A stretch of DNA of 64,000 bases from Squalus acanthias (Eukaryota): contig CM059452.1 of NCBI GenBank assembly GCA_030390025.1, positions 10,292,001 to 10,356,000 of the forward strand, in the 5' to 3' direction. The notes under the pieces were generated by a model that saw only the letters and a list, made by a program, of their open reading frames with translations, ran no database searches and was not told the DNA's origin. This document shows positions 22,538 through 33,979 of this stretch, in pieces (the stretch's first letter is position 1; every line of letters starts with the position of its first letter). Position numbers and translations under genes: made by a program.

Positions 22538-22909
22538 ATGCTCGGATTTACAGAGTTTCCCTGCTGATTTACACTCTGATCTGCACGGATGTGAGCGGTG
22601 AAGATGAGGTGAAGCAGCTCCCTCGGCGGGTGGTTGTTAGTGAAGAGGGAATCGCGTCCATCAACTGCTCCGCTACCGCTGGCTTTAACGTCCTGCACTG
22701 GTACAGACAGAACCCGGATCAGACCCTCCAGCATCTGGTGATGGCCACAAGCGGGACCGATCAACACGGGAGGATCACTGCTTCAATCGGGGGAGGCAAT
22801 AAACTCAGTGTCCTGACTGTGAGAGACGCGCGAGTGACAGACAGCGCCAGCTATCTCTGCGCCGTGAGCCCACAGTGTAACAAACAGGCGGAGAGTCCGC
22901 ACAGAAACC
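22538..22909 (+). pseudogene. TCR V segment V10, single-exon paralog of V5 with a 1-bp deletion in the leader; 23-RSS at 22871-22909
   Basis: ATGCTC-GGATTTACAG versus ATGTTCCGGATTTACAG in V5. The V domain is open. RSS CACAGTG-23-ACAGAAACC. Confidence 0.85.
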
Positions 22910-23418
22910 TGCCCCGAGGGGGAGCGCCGCTCTGCTGTGTTTGGAGTAACGGGATTGGGAGGGGCCCGGTTATAATAATCGGAGGGCAGAGGGAATGAGC
23001 ACAGAACAATGATGATATATTGAAGAGAGAGATTTAAAGAAAGTGAGAAATGAAGAGAGTTGGAAACATGACAGAGGGAAAGAGAGAGAAAGCAGAGTAC
23101 GAGGGAGAGAAAGAGAAAAAGCGGTGAAATAACGAGAGTGTAGAGGACAGCAAATTTGGAAAGGAGGGAAAGAGAAATGAACGAAAGTGAGAAATAACGA
23201 GTGAGAAACACAAACCTAAAAGGTAAGAGAAAGCCATAAAGAAAGTGGTTCAGAAATAATGTAAAATCCTTTAAATTCACTCACATTTCCCTTCGCCCTA
23301 TTTACACAGTTGAATTATCTGAAACGTGACTCCCAATATCAAGCCGCTGGCAACTGTCCCGGAGATAAACTGACACTTTACTCTGCCCATGATGCTGACA
23401 GTGTACAGTCCCGGGTCA

Positions 23419-23433
23419 CCCCCAGAGGGCGCC
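23419..23433 (+). promoter_or_regulatory. CTCF-binding motif upstream of V11
   Basis: CCCCCAGAGGGCGCC. Confidence 0.6.
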
Positions 23434-23695
23434 GTGGTCACATGTTTCTGGCCGTTATCAACTGGAAATTATAGAGACAAATCTTGCGGTGACACTGCCC
23501 GCGGCAGCCCCGCCCACAGCTTCCGTTTGCTGCTCTCGCTCTGACCCGCCTTGCCTGCCCTGTGTTATTGGAGGGATTGCTGCCTCTGTTCCTTGTTTGG
23601 CATTGGTTGGATTAGCAGTGTAGTGCGGCGGGGTCTGTATTTCTGCTCCGACAGAGGATTTCCGGGACTGCAGAGTTACAGACTCAGGGAGCATC

Positions 23696-24194
23696 ATGTG
23701 GAACCGTCTCACACCGCTCCTCATCATTATATCACTTCTCAGTAAGTATTGCCTTCCCAGGAAAAATGCATTCTTCCCCCGACTGCTGTAACCCAGATGT
23801 TAATATTGGTGAAAATTGTGATGATGATGGTTATGTTGATTGAGGTGATGATGATGGTGACTATATACTATTATGTCATTTTAGAATGGAGTCGCCAAGA
23901 CACAGTGGAACAGCCGGTTCCTGAAATGACAGTTGAAGAGGAAAGTAATGTCACTCTAACCTGCACCGTGAAAACAAGCGATCTTAGCCCTGCAGTGTTC
24001 TGGTACAGTCAGCACCCCGGGCAGCCTCCACAGTACGTGGTTTATATTATTGCAGGGATAGTAAACAGGAACCGCGACTTCACTGACGTAGACCGATTCT
24101 CTTCTACATTTAATAAAACTACCACGATTACCGAGCTAACGATCAACAACGCCCTGATCTCCGACACCGCCGTGTATTTCTGTGCCATGAGACC
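23696..24194 (+). CDS. TCR alpha/delta V segment V11, apparently intact (leader 23696-23741, V exon 23885-24194)
   Basis: Leader MWNRLTPLLIIISLL|GTAAGT. V exon DTVEQPVPE..LTCTV..VFWYSQ..DTAVYFCAMR. Confidence 0.9.
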
Positions 24195-24234
24195 CACACT
24201 GCTGCAGAGATATAGCGGATCCCGTACAAAAACT
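24195..24234 (+). other. RSS of V11 (24-bp spacer)
   Basis: CACACTG-24 bp-ACAAAAACT. Confidence 0.85.
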
Positions 24235-24259
24235 CCACACTGAGAGTTCCAGTTAGTGC

Positions 24260-24274
24260 TCACCAGAGGGCGCT
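24260..24274 (+). promoter_or_regulatory. CTCF-binding motif ~25 bp beyond the V11 nonamer
   Basis: TCACCAGAGGGCGCT. Confidence 0.7.
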
Positions 24275-25450
24275 CTCACAGAAGCGATAATTCAGGCTTC
24301 ACAGTGAGAGAGAGACAGAGACCTGCGAGGAACTTCTGTCCGTCTCTTTCCGAATAACCTGCTGCTGCTCTGTTGCACAAACACTTTACAACAAACTCAC
24401 ATGGGTATATTGAATCGATTTTAAACAGCCTGCTTGTGGCGAGGTTACCGGGAACAGCTTCAACCGGTCATTATTTTCCAATATTACAAACCAAACTTTA
24501 CATCCTCCTTCTGTCTTCCTTTTATTTATTTTTCTATATAATTATCTCTCATCTTTACATAGAGATTGGGGGAGACACACACACACAGAGGCGCTCCGAG
24601 CAATTTCCGAGGACCAAAGGTCTACATTATCTCTCTATATATTGGTGCAACTCTTGTGTAGGATGCTGCCTTCCTTATAAAAAGGAATTTACAAAAGGGA
24701 ATTTGATATATACTTGAAAAGGAAACATTTTTAGGGCTATGTGGAAAGAGCAGGGCAGTGGTACTAACAGCACAGGTGCGTTCGGGCAAAGGTCTCCTTC
24801 TGTGCTGTAAGATTCTATGTTTCTATGAAATGAGCTCAGAAGGAGAGTTAAAGAGACACTGGGCGGTAACAGTGACCAAGGAGAGCAGTCAGCATGTAGT
24901 TTCTGGCTCCGTCCAATTGGTGGCGCCGTGGAGCGAATTTCCATAGTCTCTCGGTCTTTATTTGCTATATCAAAACATCATTTATTTTCCCCGGGTAACG
25001 CTAAGGGCAGCTCAACACTGTCTATGAAAAGTGCCACTGCTACATGCAATGAACTAAGGAAGGGGGATAGTGTCTCTGTTCACTGAGTGCAGCGAATCTT
25101 AAATCGTTCCACGAAGATTTCCTCTAGTCTCTCTCTAAATTAATCTTAAATACGTTCTTTTTGCAATTAAGTAGTTAAAAAAGGAATCGTTTAAGATTTC
25201 CCTAGAAATGCCGACCAGAGGAATCTCCATTGAAACATTTCGGATGTTGCTGCACCCACAGTGACCAGAGCAATTCTCCCCACTCCCTGATGGTGTGAAA
25301 TTATCCCAAACGGTTGTGACATAGTTGCAGGGTCACTTCCCTTTCTATGCTTGTCACAGGTTTAAATAGCTCAGCCTGGTCCTGTACTGGTGGCAGTTTT
25401 TGCTGCAGCAGAGAAAGGGGCGATGCTCATATTGTGGCCCACGGATAGCG

Positions 25451-25933
25451 ATGTGATTCCCTGTTTATTTCAGTGTGGTGTTGGCGCTCTCTGTGCTGTG
25501 TAAGTACATGTGGAATCCGAGCAGGAAAGACACCAATGGGTCCGGTTAGTGGGGCAGATATTTGTAAATGTTCAATTTCTCTTCCAGCCAATAGCGTTGG
25601 CGGTGATTACGCGCACCAAGACTATTCGAACAGGATGGTGCGTGAAGAAGAAACGGTGAGGTTGAATTGTAGTTTTACAACAACAGATACAAACCCTGAG
25701 CTTTCCTGGTACCGGCAGCTTCCCGGTCGGCCTCCGGTAAACGTGTTGCTTATCACCAAATACGGCACCTTCCCAGCCGACTTCGCCAAGGACCGTTTCA
25801 CAGCAGAGCTCAGCGCAGAGGAGGGCGCGGTTCAGCTGAGAGTTTCTGGGGCGGAGCTGTCAGACGGCGCCGTGTATTACTGCGCTCTGAGGCCCACAGC
25901 TGCACAGCTCTGTGCCCGTCCTGTACAAAAACT
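25451..25933 (+). pseudogene. TCR V segment V12: V exon (25588-25894) open, leader codon 2 is a stop; 23-RSS at 25895-25933
   Basis: ATG TGA FPVYFSVVLALSVL|GTAAGT. V exon VRLNCSF..LSWYRQ..DGAVYYCALR. RSS CACAGCT-23-ACAAAAACT. Confidence 0.82.
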
Positions 25934-26619
25934 GCAGCACACCGCGTGTAAATAGAACAGTGTGTGGCCGGAATACCTGCCTGTGATGGTCTGATTAGGA
26001 CAGTTACTGTCATGTCAGAATATTCCCACAGGGCAGCACCCAACAGCTCTGAATAGAGGAGTATGATTTTAGATTTCATTCACTCTATAATGAGGGATGA
26101 ACAGGAGGAAACACGCGCAGGTTTAATAGCCCAATGTACCGTGTAATGTCTGTTCAATTTCAAGTTTCCCTCCTCACTGCCGCTGTGTTTATTTCATTTC
26201 CACACCCCTTACACTAGCACAGAAGTGTGCAGCTTTGCTTAGATTTGGGATTATATTCAAAGGGCTCTAAACCTTCCCTTTTCTGCGTGTTGGTTTAATT
26301 TCTGACGGTGTGTGACGGCTCACCGAGAGCAATAATCTCATTCTCCTGTGATATTCGTGTCTACACCGAGGTGTCCGCTCTATGCGGCAGATTTCCCCTG
26401 ATCGCTACTTCTAGTGACATAGTGAACGCGTTCTAAAACAATGAATGACGGTTCTACTAAACTAGCGATCGGACGAGATTTCCCGCTGTGTTTGGGAGAC
26501 CAGAGGAAATCTTCCCCTTGTTTGTCCCCAGCAGAAGGTTAATCAAACCCGAACCCCGTCTACCACCTCAGCCTGATTACTGACAGTGAGAGAAACACGC
26601 TGAACATCTTCATCCACAT

Positions 26620-26885
26620 AATCACAAAAAATCCAATGGTGAATTCTGGAGAAACGTCTTTACCAAGGTTAGAATGTAGAATCCGCTGCCACAAGCAATA
26701 GTTGAGGCGAACAGCATAGATTCATTGAAGGGGAAGTTAGATAAGTACACGAGGGAGCAAGGAATAGAAGGATATGTTGATAGGGGGAGATGAAGAAGGC
26801 TGGGTGGAGGCTCGTGTGGAGCATAAACACGGCATAGACTGGTTGGGACAAATTACCTTTTTCTGTGCAGTAAATTCTATTTAAT
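26620..26885 (+). mobile_element. CR1 3'-end fragment, lying where the V13 leader would be
   Basis: Matches CR1 58770-59045. Confidence 0.8.
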
Positions 26886-26978
26886 TTTATGTAAAACTCG
26901 CTGCGCATTTTCACCGTCAGTTGGTTCAGTTTGAACCTTTAATCGATGATTTCCGCTTTCTTTAACCATGTGATCCAG

Positions 26979-27321
26979 ATCTGAGCGATGGAGATTCTGT
27001 TACTCAGCGGGAGTCCTCGCTCACACAGACAGAGGGAGAAGAGGCCACTTTAACCTACACCTATCCCGGCGATGTTTATTACTTGTTCTGGTACCGCCAT
27101 TACCCAGGCAGACAGCCCGAGTTTGCAGTCCGGAGGTACACGAGCGGCGGTTCTGAATATCAGGCGGATTTCGCTCAAGGCCGGTATTCCGATGCAGTCT
27201 AGCGGTCAGACAAGTTGTACCGATTGACCATCTCGGGTCTGCGGCTGACTGACACCGCGGTGTATTACTGTGCACTGAGTCTCACAGTGATGGGAACGAG
27301 CTAAAGCCTCGTCCAATAACT
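26979..27321 (+). pseudogene. TCR V segment V13: no leader found, first Cys replaced by Tyr, in-frame stop; 23-RSS at 27283-27321
   Basis: DSVTQRESS..LTYTY..LFWYRH..YSDAV*..DTAVYYCALS. RSS CACAGTG-23-CCAATAACT. Confidence 0.85.
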
Positions 27322-28139
27322 GCAGCAGGTTTCTGGGTCACAGCTGCTGCCTGTTGTGGGCTGTTTATCACAGCGGGTCAGACACTGACACGTGACTACA
27401 TTCCTGTGCGCGCAGACCCCGATCAGATTCCACATCAAACTCATATAAAACCGTTCACATCGAATACTGATTCCGTCTGATTATTGTATTAACTGCACGA
27501 GATCAAAAATGGTTGATGTGTATTTCTGTATCTTTAGGAAGCGCCAGTCCCATTGAGAATAAACACACCTGCGGGTACTGCAACAGGTGCACCGCTGCTT
27601 CGGATATAACGCACGGCAAACGGACAAATAATGATTGGTTTAAAATATCAGTCTACAGTGTAGACAGAGATAGGTCGGGTGGGGAAGACCCGTATAATTC
27701 TAATAACTTTATTGAACATTTCTCAAAATTATAGAGACTTGCCCATATATAAAGTGAAATCTGCAGTAAAAGCAGGTTCCAGAAGGTCAAATTCAGGACA
27801 AGAGAAGAAGCTGATGAACAAACATTAATCGAATAATAATCTCTAAGGACACAAATGGTGTGTTCTTGGCTCCGTGCCAGATAGTCAGAGGACCGACTGA
27901 ATACAAAAGACTAAGAACATAAAAGCACAAGAAATAGCAGCAGGAGTCGGCCATTTGGCCCTTCGAGCTTGCTCCGCCATTCAATAAGATCATGGCTGAT
28001 CTTCTACCTCAACGCCACTTCCCTGAACTATCAGTTTAAATTCAGTTAATTAAAATAAATCTGAAATAAAAAGCTAGTATCAGTAATGGTAACCATGAAA
28101 CTATCGTATTGTTGTAAAAAACGATTTAGTTCACTAATG

Positions 28140-28963
28140 TCCACACCATCACGGAATCCCCCACCATCAACATCCCGGGGGTCACAATTGACCAGAAACG
28201 GTTATTGGATAAGCACATGGAGCGCACCAGAGTGATAGGGAGTGTGATAGCTTGATCTTGGTTTCGGACAATGCTCGGCACAACATCGAGGGCCGAAGGG
28301 CCTGTACTGTGCTGTACTGTTCTATGTTCTATGTAAACTTAACTGGCCCATGGTGTGGCAACAAGAGCACGTCAGAGGCTAGGTATTCTGCGGCGAGTGT
28401 CTCTCCTCCTGACTCCCCAAAGCCTTTCCACCATCTACAAGGCACAAGTAAGGAGTGTGATGGAATACTCTCCACTTGCCTGGATGATTGCAGCTCCAAC
28501 AACAGTCAAGAAGCTCGACAGCATTGAGGACAAAGCAGCCCGCTTGATTGGTACCCCATCCACCACCTTAAACATTCACTCCATCCACCACCAGCGTACC
28601 GTGGCTGCAGTGTGTACTATCTACAAGATGCACTGCAGCAACTCGCCAAGGCTTCTTCGGCAGCACTTCCCAAACCCGCGACCTCTTCCACCTAGAAGGA
28701 CAAAGGCAGCAGGTGCATGGGAACACCACCACCCTCCAAGGCACACACCATCCCGACATGGAAATATATCGCCGATCCTTCATTGTCGCTTGCTCAAAAT
28801 CCTGGAACTCCCTCCCTAACAGCACTGTGGGAGTACCTTCACCACACAGACTGCAGCGGTTCAAGAAGACGGCTCACCATCAGCTTCTCAAGGACAAATA
28901 GAGATGGGAAATAGATGCTGGTCTTGCCAGCGCCACCCACATCCCATTAACGAATAAAAAAAA
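28140..28963 (+). mobile_element. 5'-truncated non-LTR retrotransposon 3' end (clade not resolved), with a nested CR1 tail at 28200-28334
   Basis: TIYKAQVRSVMEYSPLAW..KSWNSLP and an A-rich tail. The nested piece matches 19378-19513 and is flanked by AAAC. Confidence 0.85.
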
Positions 28964-30458
28964 GTCTGCAATCTGTTTGTGTGTCCCTGAGGTTCAGCCA
29001 GCGTCACTCTCTCTGCCAGTGTCCGTGTGAGTCACTCTACCTCAGTCAGGTTTTGATTAATCAGCCCTCTCATTATCCATTTGTATTACACAGAACAGTG
29101 CCGATCCCTTTACCCCGCTGCATGGCTTCCGGGGTTATCCTCATGGGGGAATAGTCAGCACAACCCTTATTAAACTGTTCCCTTTTTGTGACTTTATATT
29201 TATAAATACAGGCCTGACTCAATCTCCCTCTGTTGGTGTCTCTCTGTCTCACTGTACTCATTCTCACCTTTATCTATCTCCCTCTCAAAGTGTACAGACT
29301 GGCAAAGAGCTGATCTATGGAGGTGGCTTCATTCACCTGCACAGCTACATTGCTCAAATCTTTAACCATTGAGAGCAGACAGACACTGAGCTGGTCCACA
29401 GTGAGGGGCCTCATTCACTTGTATATGTACAATGCTCAGATACTTAAAGATGGCAAGCAGACATTGGTGGGGCTGATCCACCGAGGGGTTGCTCACTCAC
29501 CTGCACGAGTACATTGATCAGATATTCCTTTCAATCAATCACTTCTATTGTTCCAGTTCAGAATTTGAACCTACTGTTTGTTTTTCCGTTCCCCGTCTGC
29601 TTTTTCCGTCTATTTATCCCCATCTTTTCTGCTTGTCCTCTCGCTCATTTCTCCCCATCACCTCCATTCCCTTCACAAACCCCAGATTTTCCTATTCCCA
29701 TGTCCCCTGGTGACATCGTGCAGGCTGCAGTCTGTATGGCGTCAGTCTGCAGTCTCTGTGACGTTAGTCTGCAGTCTCTGTGACGTCAGTCTGCAGTCTC
29801 TGTGACGTCAATCTGCACTTGCTGTAGACGGTTCCCTATTAACGTGTACAGCCAGAAGGGATCATCGGCGTCAAAACATTAAAGTACAATTAATCATTTC
29901 TCCCATTTCTATTCTGTAATCTTGAAGAATATGTAATGTAACATTGAGCTTCAGTCAGCGTTAGACTCTCCCGCTTTGTGTTTGCGTGACGTCAGTCTGA
30001 AGTTTGTGTGACGCACGTCGGCCATGTTTGTGTGACGTGCTGTCGGACATGTTGAAGTGATGTGCCGTCGGCCATGTTTGAGTGACGTGCCTTCGGCCAT
30101 GTTTGGGTGACTTGTTTCTGCGATATTTGAGTGACGTTTGAGTGTAAGCGACCACTTTCTCGGAACAAATCAGAACATCGATCCATGATTTTAAAGGGAA
30201 AACAGCTGATTAGAAGCAGAAAGGACAGTTTAACCGGTCGGTTCATTCTGTGATCGATCATTTGGGCCGATTGGATTCTGCAGTTTGTTTTCTCGGCCGC
30301 TCCCGGAAACAGTTGGGTGACAGTTTGATCCGAGGTTAATTTGGTTTCCTCTCGGTGTGTGTTTGAGCGCCTGACAGCGCACTGCTCATTGTGGCTGCAT
30401 CTGCCCGCGATTCTACACAACCCCAACAGACAGGAGCTCCGCCGTACCGTCCAATAGC

Positions 30459-30730
30459 AATTTTTGTACGGGAGTGAGACTGCTTTCCATCACTGTGAGT
30501 CCCAGGGTGCAGTAATAGACGGCAGAGTCAGTCAGCTGCAGCCCGAAAATGGTTAAACTTTTGAATTTAGTCGCGGTCTATAGCTGAGCAGAAAAACGGA
30601 TTCCGAAACCTTTTCCTCTCCGTTCCTGTGTGTCCCAAGACCGTCTCCTGATTACAAACTGGGGCTCCTTCTCTGCTTGGTGCTGGTACCAATATAAATT
30701 ATAATAGTTTTCTGTGGTACTGTAGTACAT
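30459..30730 (-). pseudogene. TCR V segment V14, 5'-truncated at the Penelope terminus, with an in-frame stop; 23-RSS at 30459-30497
   Basis: YYSTTENYYNLYWYQH..PQFVIRR..RFSAQL*..DSAVYYCTLG. RSS CACAGTG-23-ACAAAAATT. Confidence 0.85.
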
Positions 30731-30734
30731 CTTA

Positions 30735-30831
30735 TATGCGGAGATGCCGGTGTTGGACTGGGGTGGACAAAAGTGAGAAGTCGCACAACACCAGGTTATA
30801 GTCCAACAGTTTTATTTGAAATCACAAGCTT
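30735..30831 (-). mobile_element. Extreme 3' terminus of a Penelope-like element (left flank of the Tx1 array)
   Basis: Reverse complement AAGCTTGTGATTTCAAATAAAACTGTTGGACTATAACCTGGTGTTGTGCGACTTCTCA matches 11082-11139. Confidence 0.88.
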
Positions 30832-31796
30832 GTGGTGAGCAGCAGCAGCAGAGTGGTGGTCTCTGTGTCCAGGAAGAGGAGAAGGAGACCAGATAGCAGA
30901 CCACCACCAACAACCAACAACCACTACTGAGGTGCCTGGAGAGAGAGGACAGGAGAGGAGAAAGAAAAGGCCAAGGCCATTAACACCAGAGGAGAGGCCT
31001 TTCCACACTGCCTCCTCAATTGGCCTCCATTTTAGGAGAGGGAGCGAGGGGAGAAAACCATCACAACAAATATCATCTGTTTGGAAGGAGGAAGAAAGAT
31101 AGAAAGAACATCAGCTACAGGTGGGTGTTATTTCTGGGGCACTCTCCCAGAGACTTTGTTTTGTAGGTGGGGGGAGGAAAGAAGAAAAGAAGAGGGCCGG
31201 AACATCTAAGGGGTGTGTGTGTGTGTGTGTGTGTGGCTTTTGTAAAAGCTAGGCCGCACACACCATATTAAACACCCCTTTCCCATTGCCTGACCTGGGA
31301 CAGCTGGAGCTGCCTAGGTGAAGTCCCCAATTAACTTAATATTATTGGGCATCGTTAAGACCTGGTGCAGGACTGAGCCTGGGCATCTCCAGCTATCCCA
31401 GGTGAAGACATCTTCTCCCCCCACCAGAAGACCACCACCAAAGACTTGTATTACATCGGAGAGTGCACCCCCCTGCCAACACCCACCCACCCACCATCCT
31501 GAGTGGCGACCCTGCCCTTGCGGCTTCCCTCCTTCCACCCCCTCTCTCTCTCTCTTTGTCTCTTGTCTCTCTCTGCCTCTCTCTCTAAGAGGCACCTCAT
31601 CTATTTTTAATTAAGTACCCATTGAGCAGAGGGGAGAAGGCCCCTCTCCCAATTCAATCAACTAAAGGGAGAGGTGTGCCTTCAATTTAAGAGCTCCCTC
31701 TGCTCAGGGGAAAACTAAAACAAAAAAAAACCGAGGCCATTAACACCTTCAGGCCTGTGACTTGGGGTGAGTGTAGCCCTTAAAGAACCCTCCATT

Positions 31797-33954
31797 ATGG
31801 CGACCACATCTTCGCCGGTGGCGGGGGCAGCGAGGACGTACGTGAGCGTGGCAGCCGCGGCCACGGCCGCAGCCACGAGTCCTCCTGTTACCCCGTCACC
31901 TTTTACCCTCCTTACGAGGAAGAATGGGGTCAAGAGCTACACTCACCCCAACATGACTATAGAGGCGTGTGTAAAAGCCATGGCTGGGGTTGTCGGCCCT
32001 TCAGCCATCGTCGCCGCCTCTAAAATGTACGGCAAGGCTGTGTTCTTCCTGGGGTCGGAGCGGGCGGTGTCCCTGGCCATCGAGAAGGGGCTCACCGTGG
32101 GCGGGACCTTCCTGCCGGTGGACCCCCTTGAGGCCACCGCGCAAAGGATTGTGGTTTCCAACGTCCCGCCCTTTGTTCCGGGTGAGCTCCTCCTCCCCCA
32201 CCTACGTCAACTGGGGGAGGTGAGGTCGGGGATCACACCCATCCCGCTCGGCTTCCGGGAAGCCAGCCTTCGGCACGTCTTCTCCTTCCGGCGCCAGCTT
32301 TTCGTCCGGCTGGCGCGGGAGGAGGACGCGGACGGCGCGTTCACGGTGCTCCACGGGGGGACCGCCCACCGCGTCTTCTGGACCTCGGACGGCGTGCGGT
32401 GCTACGCCTGTAAGGAGGTGGGGCACGTCCGCAAAAACTGCCCCGCCTCCAAGGCCGCCACGACACCTGGCGCGGCCGGGGTTGGCGCCGCCGCCCCCCC
32501 TCCCCCTGATACTGTCCGCGCGTCGACGGCGACGGATGCGCGGTCGAAATCGGAGGCCAACACCACCACGGCCTCCGGCGGGGAGGAGGGAGAGCGTCCG
32601 GGGGGAAGGAAGGCGCGTAGGAAAACTAAACACCTAAGGGCGGATCCCCTCGCGGAGGAAACATCGGAATTGACCGAACTCACGCCCGAGTATATCGCGG
32701 AGTTGGTCGGGACGCATGAGACTGGGGGGGTCCTCGTGCCCGGGCCCGTGACCGTGACCGCAACCGCCGAGGAGGCTAAATCAAGACCTGCGGCCGGGCT
32801 CGGGCCCGAGGGGCCCAAGAAACCCAGTCGTCGGAAGGGGGCAGAGAGGGAGGCCCCAGCAGACATGGAGGCCTCCCCCTCTCCGGGCCCCAACTTGTTA
32901 AAAAGAAAGCTCCGCCCCCAGCAGGAAGACTGCGAGGAGGAAGGTCCCTCCGCAAAAGGGGGGCAGTCGCCCGCCGCGGGTGCTGCGCCCCACCCCACCA
33001 CCGTCATCGTCGCGCGCGAGCGGCGGGGGTCGTCTGTCCCTCGGGAGGGTGAGACAGCCGAGTCTGTCCGACCTGTGCCTCCCGGGGATGGGGAAGAGAC
33101 CCTGCCCGTGGGGGGGGGCACGGAACAACCCGCGGAGGGAAATGTAGAACCTGAACCGTTGCTCCTCGCCGGGTCGGGCGTCCTGGGGACTGGGGCGGGC
33201 GAGGCCAAAGAGGCTGAAGCCGAGCCCGCCTTTTATAACCCAGACATCTCCCAGGGACTGCTCGACCTGGTGGAGGACTTTAACAATCCCCAGCCCGCTG
33301 GGTCGGAGGTTGGTGGCGGGGAGACAGAAAGACCCCTGACTCCGTCTCTGTTGTTGGCGCCGGACGTGCTGGAGGAATTTGGGATTATTTTCTCCCCGGT
33401 TTCTCCGGTCGCCCCGGCGCCTGAGGCGGGGGGGGGGCCCCGAACCGCCGCCGCCGCCTCCCGGCCCGGCGCCCCTGAAGGAGCCCAGGGTGGACTCCTC
33501 TGCCACCGATCCTGGGGGTGGGATCGTGACGGAGGCGGGGCCGGCCGGTGCGGCCGAGCCGTTCGCTGCACCCTGTGTGACGGACGGGTTGGCCGCCGGT
33601 GACGACCTCCCGGAGGAGGACGGGGACTCGGTGTTGGGCAACGAGGACGATTTGGAGTCCATCGGCAGCGAGGCGATGGACGCCCTCGTGCCCTTCACCG
33701 ACTCTCCCCTCATCCCCGTAGGGGAACTCCGGGATTTTATGGCCATGAGCCAGGGTCGTCACAAGAAGATCCGGCTGGCCCTCGACAAGTGGTCGGAGCT
33801 GACGCTGCTCGTCGTGTCCGTCCGCGCCGCCGTTAAAATCATGGGCGCGGACAAGGACGTTGGCCGGCTCGAGCTGCGTCGGCTCAAGAGCTTCCACACT
33901 GGGCTGCTGAGGGAGTGGCGGTCGTCAGTGACCGCGCTCCCTCCCCTCCGTTAG
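31797..33954 (+). CDS. Tx1 ORF1, copy 1 (zinc-knuckle protein), frameshift in the poly-G at ~33430
   Basis: CYACKEVGHVRKNC knuckle. The C-terminus is in another frame compared with copy 2. Confidence 0.85.
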
Positions 33955-33979
33955 GTAGAGGTTGCACTATGCTTCTGAG

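Noticed and set aside
1-30730. IgH V, NAR-TCR V, D, J or C segments
   Set aside because: I saw no WVRQ-type VH, no IgNAR-like V, no 12-RSS with FGxG and no constant exon. Alpha versus delta usage cannot be assigned from this window.
30787-30831. Tx1 target as an snRNA, tRNA or 5S gene
   Set aside because: It does not resemble those RNAs and matches the Penelope 3' end in this window.
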